Assembly (NCBI GenBank): GCA_027493525.1
Contig: JAOSKN010000002.1
Coordinates: 1,271,326-1,335,325, forward strand
Direction of reading: 5' to 3'
Length of the DNA: 64,000 nucleotides
From: Planctomycetota bacterium
Lineage (GTDB): Bacteria > Planctomycetota > SZUA-567 > H5-PLA8
Part shown: positions 57,361-64,000 of the stretch, piece by piece
Layout of the letters: the number at the start of each line of letters is the position of its first letter
How positions within the stretch are numbered: the stretch's first letter is position 1
The notes under the pieces: generated by a model
Told to the model about the DNA's origin: nothing
Databases searched by the model: none
What the model saw: only the letters and a program-made list of their open reading frames with translations
Position numbers and translations under genes: made by a program

Positions 57361-57597
57361 GTCTTGATCCTCCAATGCTAGGTTTCGTGACCTCAAGACT
57401 TCCGTCTGCCGGTCAACGTTCGACCGGCCGGCTGCCAGCGTGCATGGTCACCTCCTGTTCAACGGCCGGGAGAAAGCGCCCGTTCTCGGCTCCCGCATTC
57501 AACGGCAAGAGGCCCCTCTACTTCATGCGTCAGGCTTCAAGCCACGAAAGCGCGTGCCCGGGCGGATGCAGGCGGTCCTGCCGCGGCAAACCCAGGA

Positions 57598-57900
57598 TCA
57601 CTTTTCTTGTGTCAAGGCGTCTCGCAGCGGCTTGAGTTCCGAGCCTGGACGATGAGTCAGCATCCGGACGATGGCCGAATCGGGAACGCCGGCTTCGTGC
57701 AGTTCGATGATCTCGTCGGCGGTCAGGTCGAAACGGCCCGGTTCCTGGTCAATCTCGTCGATCAAGCGCGATTCGACGGCGCCGCCGCGGGCGAGCCTGG
57801 CGATGCGGTCTTCGGGTTCGGCCGACCAGTACGCCCAGCCCAGGCCCAGGGCGGCAAGCAGGCACGCGGCCCAGAAAAGTACGACGGCGCGACTGGACAT
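57598..57900 (-). CDS. small membrane protein
   Basis: MSSRAVVLFWAACLLAALGLGWAYW forms a TM helix. Confidence 0.35.
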   Translation of the reverse strand: MSSRAVVLFWAACLLAALGLGWAYWSAEPEDRIARLARGGAVESRLIDEIDQEPGRFDLTADEIIELHEAGVPDSAIVRMLTHRPGSELKPLRDALTQEK

Positions 57901-58004
57901 GAGTGGCTCCTTTCCCATCCGAGCTGAAGACAGATCGCTTGTGAAGCGAGGCGCCGTCTCCGGCAGGCCGCGGCCCGCGGAGGCGCCCGCCTCGCTAACG
58001 TGCT

Positions 58005-59831
58005 TCACGGCTGGAGCGCGCGGCGATTCTCGCGCCGTTGCTTGCGCGCTTCCTGGCGCCGCCGCTGTTCCGCTTGCCGCTCCGCGCGGCGCTGCTGTAC
58101 CGCCTCGTGGCGTTCCTGCCGGCGTTGCTGGCGCACGGCTTGGCGCTGGCGCTGCCGGCGTTTGCGTTCCTGCCGGCGCTGAAGGGCGCCTTCCTGCGGC
58201 TCCGTCTTCTCCTGCCGCTGCTGTTGCTGGCGCACGCGGGCATCCTGCAGGCGTTGCTGCCGGCGCTCTTGCTCCTGATTCTGGCGTTTTCGAGCGTCCT
58301 CGCGCCGCGCCTCACGCTGGGATTGCCGACGCTGCCGGTTCTCCTGCCGCTGCTCTTGGCGTTCCTCGCGGCGTTCCTGAACGTCCTCGCGCCGCGTCTC
58401 GCGCTGGGATTGCCGACGCTGCCGGTTCTCCTGCCGCTGCTCTTGGCGTTCCTCGCGGCGTTCCTGAGCGTCCTCGCGCCGCGTCTCGCGCTGGGATTGC
58501 CGACGCTGCCGGTTCTCCTGCCGCTGCTCCTGGCGTTCCTCGCGGCGTTCCGCGCGAGTAGCCTGCGCCTGCTCCCAGCGCGCCCTGCGGGCCGCGGCGC
58601 CTTCAACCTGGCGCACGCGGCCATCGCGGATCGCCCGCTCGATGCGCGCCTGCCTCGCGGTGGCGGCCTGCGTGGGGTCTGCCGGCGCGCTGTTGCGCAC
58701 ACGCGGCCTGAAGACCGACACCGATCCGCCCTGCCGGACCTCGCCCGCGGCCAGCGCTTCGTTGGAGGATGCCTCCAGGTTGCGGATCCGGACCGTTTCG
58801 ATGTTGCCCCGCGTCGAACGGCGCACGTGGTCAATCGAGACGCCGCGGTTGATGACCTGGTTGTTGTCTCCCACGATGTAGGTGTTGTTCACTACGGTTG
58901 TGCGGTTGTAGACGTCGCGCCTGCGGTGTCTCGGCACGGCGACGCGGCGCAGGTCGGCCGCGAAGAACGAGCCGGACGGTACGAACGCGTAGCGGTCCTC
59001 GTGCAGCCCGAAATGGAAGCCAAACCCGACGTGGTCTCCGTGGAACGAGAAGCCCACGCCGGCCTCGAAGCGCGCTTCCGGAGGCAACGGCGCCCAGCCG
59101 TAATACTCGTCGGAGACCCGCCAATCCACCCAGGCCGGCGCCCAGACGGTGTCGGGCACCCAGACCCAATGGTAGCCCGGATCGTAGTGCCACCGGCCGT
59201 AGTGGAACGGGATCCAGCCCCACGAGTAATCCGAGTACCAGTACCAGCCTTGGTCTGAATGGAGCCAATGCCCGTGGTCGCAATACGGCCTCCAGTCGGC
59301 ATGGCCCACGGCGACCGTGGGCGTCCATACGTATCCGTAAGGCGCCAGGTGTCGCCATTGCCCGTGGGGCGCCAGTTCGCCGTAGAAGAAGCTGAAGTTC
59401 ACCTCGCTGCCCGGAGGGGCCACCGTCAAGCCGGCTGCCACCTGCACGTCGCCATCGGTCCGGACCGGTCCGGGGTCGGTGTACGTGTAGCGCTGAGCGT
59501 CTCCGGGCTCGCCCGCTTCGCCCGGCGCGCGGGGCGCGGCCTGGCGGTCGGCAAGCGGCTCCTGCCTGGGCGCGTCGTCCGCCGCGTCCGGATGGCGCTC
59601 GAGCATCGCGTCGATCACCTCAGGTGAGACGCCCGCGTCTTCCAGCGCGTCCAGTTCCTGGTCGTCCAGGTCATAGGTCCGTTCGGAATGCCGGACGTAA
59701 GCCAGGACGACCTCGTCGGACAGGCCGTGCTGGCGGAGCTTCACGATCTCGCTCGTGTCGTCCGCGGCGCTCGCCGCCGTGCCGACCAGCAACAGCGGGG
59801 TCCATACGTACCACGGTATGCGCCCAATCAT
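58005..59831 (-). CDS. secreted Trp/Tyr-rich protein with C-terminal tandem charged (RQEQRQENRQRRQSQRE) repeats
   Basis: Signal peptide MIGRIPWYVWTPLLLVGTAASA. The DNA at 58240-58560 contains 3 near-identical 75-bp repeats. Confidence 0.55.
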   Translation of the reverse strand: MIGRIPWYVWTPLLLVGTAASAADDTSEIVKLRQHGLSDEVVLAYVRHSERTYDLDDQELDALEDAGVSPEVIDAMLERHPDAADDAPRQEPLADRQAAPRAPGEAGEPGDAQRYTYTDPGPVRTDGDVQVAAGLTVAPPGSEVNFSFFYGELAPHGQWRHLAPYGYVWTPTVAVGHADWRPYCDHGHWLHSDQGWYWYSDYSWGWIPFHYGRWHYDPGYHWVWVPDTVWAPAWVDWRVSDEYYGWAPLPPEARFEAGVGFSFHGDHVGFGFHFGLHEDRYAFVPSGSFFAADLRRVAVPRHRRRDVYNRTTVVNNTYIVGDNNQVINRGVSIDHVRRSTRGNIETVRIRNLEASSNEALAAGEVRQGGSVSVFRPRVRNSAPADPTQAATARQARIERAIRDGRVRQVEGAAARRARWEQAQATRAERREERQEQRQENRQRRQSQRETRREDAQERREERQEQRQENRQRRQSQRETRREDVQERREERQEQRQENRQRRQSQREARREDARKRQNQEQERRQQRLQDARVRQQQQRQEKTEPQEGALQRRQERKRRQRQRQAVRQQRRQERHEAVQQRRAERQAEQRRRQEARKQRRENRRALQP

Positions 59832-60167
59832 GAGGTGACCTCCTCGAGTAGCGTCTCGGCGAAAGCAACGGGCGGTGCGAGACCGCCGTGACCAGCTCAA
59901 GGCATACAAGAGGCCAATTCGGTGGCTTACTCCTAACTTGCTGGCTGGATGGGGGTTCGCTATGCGTATGGCCGGAGGCACGAACGATGCGACCCTCCGG
60001 AAATCGGACGTTCGATTGAATCTCGCGCAGCGCGCGCGAGGGCCGGCGAAACGGCGCGCATAGTGGAAGACCTGAGTACAGGGCTGTATAGTTCGCTTGC
60101 CGGGCTATTGAGCGGGAACCCAGGAGCGATTCGGTACGTGTTCATCCTGCACGTGCTCTACAAAGGC

Positions 60168-62015
60168 ATGAGTTCCCGGTTCCCCTTGCAGGACCAGGGG
60201 CGCTGGCGTCTGGGCCGCAAAGAACCCTGCGAGATCGTCGTTCCGGATCCACGCATCTCCGCCGAGCACGCCGAATTGCAATACGAAGACGAGAACCTGG
60301 TGCTGCGGAGGACCAAGGGCCGCAACGCGATCGTCTACGACGGCCGCGCCGTAACGGAGGCCGTATTGCGCGAGGGCTCGAGCTTCGACATCGGCGACAC
60401 GAATTTTACCTTGGCCGCAGAGCAGGACGGCTTGAACGTCCTGGATACGCGCACGGTGCTCGCGGGCACCTGGAGCAGTTTCTCGGTCCTCGAACACGCG
60501 CCGCCCGACGAAGAGGACGATGAGCAAACGCGCGCGCTGAACCGGCGCAAGAGCCCGTCGGCGGCGGTGCCCGGACGCCTGGTGGCGCAGGTCGGCTACT
60601 TGTTGAAGAACGCCCAGGACCGCCAGACGCTGGCCGAACTGGTCCTGGACCTGGCGTGCCAGCGCATGGACGCCCAGCGGGCGCTGTTGGCGCGAGTCGA
60701 AGGCGCGGAGCATCTCGATCTGGAGGCCTCGCGGGGGTTTCCCGAGCACACCACCGTCGCAGAACTCATCTCCAAATCCGCCCTGCGGCAACTCGTCGAC
60801 GGGCAACGCGCGGTTCTCATCGCGGACACCGAGCGCAGCGCCTCCAAGATCGCTTCGCAGCAGAGCGTGCTCCGAAACCACATCCGCACCATCGCCTGCA
60901 CGCCGATCTTCGATTCCGAAGGCGCGCTGCGCAGCTTGCTCTACGTAGACAATCCGGACCGGCCTTCCGCGTTCACCATCCAGGACGCCGAACTGCTGAT
61001 CTGGCTGGGGCAGGTGTACGGGCTGCTGAGCGAAAACCTGGAGATGGGCCGGCAACTCGACACGGAACTCGCCGTGCTCAAGGCGGCGGCCGTGCGCGAA
61101 GCCCATGTGGTCGCCGAATCCCCGACGATGGTCAAGCTGCTGGGCAAGGTGAAAAAGGCCGCCGCCAGCGAAGCCAACGTCCTGTTGATGGGGGAGAGCG
61201 GCACCGGAAAGGAGTGCATCGCGCGCTTGCTGCACGTCCAGTCGCCGCGCGCGCAGAAGGCGATCGTGGCGCGAAACTGCGCCGCGATTCCCGAGAATCT
61301 GTTCGAGTCCGAGATGTTCGGCCATAAGAAGGGCGCGTTCACCGGCGCCGACCGGGATCGTCAGGGCGCCTTCGTCGAAGCCGATGGCGGTACTCTGTTC
61401 CTCGACGAAATCGGCGACCTCGACCTCGCGCTACAGACGAAACTCCTTCGCGCGATTCAGGAAGGCCGCGTCCAGCCGGTCGGCAGCGACAAGGAGGTCG
61501 AGGTCGACGTGCGCCTGATCTGCGCGACAAACCGCAACCTGCCCGACCTTGTGCAAAGCAAGGAGTTTCGCGACGACCTGTATTACCGGGTCGCCACGGT
61601 CGTGCTCGAAATCCCGCCGCTTCGCGAGCGCGTCGAGGATATCCCGGCGCTCTCGACTTATTTCATCGAACGTTTGAGCGACAATGGACGCCGGCTCTCC
61701 GGGGCGGCCATGCAGAAGCTCAAAGACTACGCCTGGCCCGGCAACGTCCGCGAACTGCTCTCGGTCCTCGAGGAAGCCGTCATCTTCTCCGCCAGCGACG
61801 AACTCACGCCCGACGACCTGAACCTGCGCATGGACGGCGGGCAGCAGATCCACCTCCGCGACGACGCCCTCGCCGAGGTCGAACGCCGGCATATCCTTCA
61901 GGTCCTCCAGAAGGTTGACGGCAACAAGACCGAGGCGGCCAAGATCCTGGGCATTGCCCGCAGCACCATGGTTTTGAAGCTCAAGAGTTACGAGCAGGGC
62001 GAAAGAAAAGACTGA
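60168..62015 (+). CDS. sigma-54-dependent Fis-family transcriptional regulator (FHA + GAF + AAA+ + HTH)
   Basis: Walker A (GESGTGKE), the GAFTGA motif and an ESELFGH-like motif are present, with a C-terminal Fis-type HTH. Confidence 0.85.
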   Translation: MSSRFPLQDQGRWRLGRKEPCEIVVPDPRISAEHAELQYEDENLVLRRTKGRNAIVYDGRAVTEAVLREGSSFDIGDTNFTLAAEQDGLNVLDTRTVLAGTWSSFSVLEHAPPDEEDDEQTRALNRRKSPSAAVPGRLVAQVGYLLKNAQDRQTLAELVLDLACQRMDAQRALLARVEGAEHLDLEASRGFPEHTTVAELISKSALRQLVDGQRAVLIADTERSASKIASQQSVLRNHIRTIACTPIFDSEGALRSLLYVDNPDRPSAFTIQDAELLIWLGQVYGLLSENLEMGRQLDTELAVLKAAAVREAHVVAESPTMVKLLGKVKKAAASEANVLLMGESGTGKECIARLLHVQSPRAQKAIVARNCAAIPENLFESEMFGHKKGAFTGADRDRQGAFVEADGGTLFLDEIGDLDLALQTKLLRAIQEGRVQPVGSDKEVEVDVRLICATNRNLPDLVQSKEFRDDLYYRVATVVLEIPPLRERVEDIPALSTYFIERLSDNGRRLSGAAMQKLKDYAWPGNVRELLSVLEEAVIFSASDELTPDDLNLRMDGGQQIHLRDDALAEVERRHILQVLQKVDGNKTEAAKILGIARSTMVLKLKSYEQGERKD

Positions 62016-62418
62016 ATCGCCGCCTAAGTGGCCTTTCGGTGCGCGTTCAAGAATCTGCTTGGCCCTTTTGACCGTGCTCTTCGTCGTTCGTTCGTTGCAG
62101 ATGTTCTCCGAATATGCTCCTCGCTCACTCCTCGATCACGGTCAAAATGGCCGGCGCATATTCCTTGAATTCGCACCGCAAGGCCGCTTAGCCGCGGCGA
62201 CGTATGAGACTCGCTTTGCCCACCGATAATCGGACGTTCCACTCCGACGCGCCTTGGCCAAGCGGCCCGCGCGTTTTCCGCAACCTTAGCGACCTTCAAG
62301 ACTTGAAGCGTCAAGCGGCGCCCGCTGCGTCATTGGCATGTGGTTCGCCTGGAATCTCCGCGCACGATGTCCGGAACCGGTATCGGTGCGCATTCGCACT
62401 TTGAAAAGGAGACCGAAC

Positions 62419-63114
62419 ATGTCGAACAAGATGCTGAGCCTCGCGCTTTCCTTGGCAGTACTGTTGGCCTTGGGCGTGGCGGCCACGGAGTTCGCGCCGC
62501 AGCCCGCCGGCCCGGAAGCGCCAGTGAAGAAGGAACAGCGCAACGCCCTGGAAGTGCTGAAGGCGGACGTGAACTACAGCATCCTTGTCGCTGCCGTTCA
62601 GGGGACGGAGGTGGAGCACATCCTCCAGGACCGGAAGGGCATCACCTTTTTCGCGCCGCTGAACGAGGCGTTCGAGCGCGTCCCGAAGCTCGCGGAACTG
62701 CTCGCCGACAAGCCGCGGCTCACCGCGGTGCTCAAGCGCCACGTGATACCCAACTACGTGATTGCGTTGAACCGGCTGCGCGAGTTGGAGGCGGTCCAGC
62801 CTCTCGAAGGCGAGATCCTCGAGATCGAGCAAGGCGACAAGCACCTTGAAATCAACGATGCCAAGATCCTCGTGCCGGACGTCCCCGCCGCGAACGGGAT
62901 CGTGCACGGCATCGACCACGTCCTGATGAAGAATAACGACTCGATGCTCCGCGAGGCGGGCGCGGCCATCGAACGCAGCCTCAAGCACGCGGCCGAAGAG
63001 GTCGGGGACGCCTTCGGCGACACGGAGAATGCAGAAACGTCCAAGCCGGACGGCGCATCGGCCAAGACGCCGGACGAGCCGCAGGCCGGCGAAATGGACG
63101 GCGCACGCAAGTAA
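62419..63114 (+). CDS. fasciclin (FAS1) domain protein, secreted
   Basis: A signal peptide, and the FAS1 motifs TFFAPLNEAF and NGIVHGIDHVL. Confidence 0.7.
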   Translation: MSNKMLSLALSLAVLLALGVAATEFAPQPAGPEAPVKKEQRNALEVLKADVNYSILVAAVQGTEVEHILQDRKGITFFAPLNEAFERVPKLAELLADKPRLTAVLKRHVIPNYVIALNRLRELEAVQPLEGEILEIEQGDKHLEINDAKILVPDVPAANGIVHGIDHVLMKNNDSMLREAGAAIERSLKHAAEEVGDAFGDTENAETSKPDGASAKTPDEPQAGEMDGARK

Positions 63115-63186
63115 CCGGTCATCCCGCGGCCGGCCACCGGCGCCGGCCGCGGGGCGGCGGGCGCACCCATTCCAGGAGACGACGAC

Positions 63187-63684
63187 ATGCGCCGCATCGC
63201 GATCAGGGAAGTCTTGACGGAAGGCGTGCATGACTCCGCGCCCCGCGCGAAAAACTGGACGCCGCATCTAGTGGATGTGATGAGGTGCGAAGGCTGCTAC
63301 GAGCTGTTTCTGGCCGCCCTGGAGGCCTGCGACCTGGATGAACGGCTCAAGCAGGACGGTCCATTTACGGTCTTCGCGCCCATGGATCGGGCATTCAGGC
63401 GAACCGCCGACCTGCGCGAGATGGTGCGGCACGGCGGCGACCTCCGGTCGGTCCTTACGCGCCACGTCGTCCGGGGCCGGATGAGCACCGACGCCCTGCT
63501 TGCGTGCAGGGAAGTCTCGCCGCTCTTCGGCGCGAGCCTGCCTGTCGGCCTGGCTGGGCGCCTTCCGGCGGTCGGCGGTGCGCGAATCGAGCAGCCGGAC
63601 ATCTTCGCGGGTAATGGCGTTCTGCACGGGATCGATCGCATCGTGCTCGGGGCCGAAGCGGCGGTGCACGCCGTCGGCGCGTGA
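63187..63684 (+). CDS. fasciclin (FAS1) domain protein
   Basis: The motifs TVFAPMDRAF and NGVLHGIDRIV are present. Confidence 0.6.
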   Translation: MRRIAIREVLTEGVHDSAPRAKNWTPHLVDVMRCEGCYELFLAALEACDLDERLKQDGPFTVFAPMDRAFRRTADLREMVRHGGDLRSVLTRHVVRGRMSTDALLACREVSPLFGASLPVGLAGRLPAVGGARIEQPDIFAGNGVLHGIDRIVLGAEAAVHAVGA

Positions 63685-63723
63685 TGCGCTCGTCATGCGA
63701 AGGCCTGAAAACGGAGAACGATC

Positions 63724-64000
63724 ATGACGGTACAAGCGCTGGAGCACGAAGCCCTCGCCTCGATGCGGGTCGCCGCGAGGGTGGCCGAGGCCGATGGCGT
63801 CCTGCACGAACGCGAACGCAGTTCCCTTCGCCGCATGCTCGACGGTTCCGCCGTCCCGCAGGACTTTACGCTCGAATGGTGCCTGCATCCGGCCGAGAGT
63901 CTGGACACGCTGCTGGAGGAGATTCACAGCCCCGAAATGCGCCAGCGAACCTACGAGATGGCGTGTCTGGTCGCCCAGGCCGACGGGCGCTTCAGCGACG
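63724..64000 (+). CDS. TerB-like (tellurite-resistance / DjlA N-terminal-like) protein, partial at window end
   Basis: Begins MTVQALEHEALASMRVAARVAEADGVLHERE. Confidence 0.4.
   Translation, partial: MTVQALEHEALASMRVAARVAEADGVLHERERSSLRRMLDGSAVPQDFTLEWCLHPAESLDTLLEEIHSPEMRQRTYEMACLVAQADGRFSD

Overview
The window is high-GC DNA (about 70% GC) from an unidentified bacterium, possibly Planctomycetes- or Verrucomicrobia-like; this is a guess from sequence composition. Four points stand out. (1) From 1 to about 12.8 kb there is a phage-like structural module: a capsid-like gene, a tail-fibre-like gene, and a low-GC four-helix-bundle (Avd-like) gene. (2) Intergenic DNA is full of repeats: tandem arrays of more than 12 different 7-bp units that often occur as inverted pairs flanking genes, composite GTTGCYG/GAACCGG elements with a conserved hairpin box, a 168-bp MITE family with CTAGTGTCCTGTAAG inverted ends, REP-like hairpins, and one IS66-family element flanked by an 8-bp target-site duplication. 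(3) On the minus strand, 29.3 to 36.8 kb holds about 39 tRNA and tRNA-like genes. The array also carries an HNH endonuclease, an SPFH protein and a GNAT acetyltransferase. Several members are atypical or degenerate, and one is split by a 162-bp element with perfect 18-bp inverted ends. (4) The rest is ordinary housekeeping and secreted-protein genes (ppiB, recO, a glycosyltransferase, beta-helix proteins, TIM-barrel isomerase plus a Gfo/Idh/MocA oxidoreductase, ltaE, a CPA2 antiporter, a K+ channel, anmK, a sigma-54 regulator, fasciclins), plus a low-GC island next to a plus-strand tRNA-Leu. At least three genes show frameshifts at G/C homopolymer runs, which points to sequencing indels or pseudogenes. 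All annotation rests on reading the sequence and the supplied ORF translations by eye; no tools were run.
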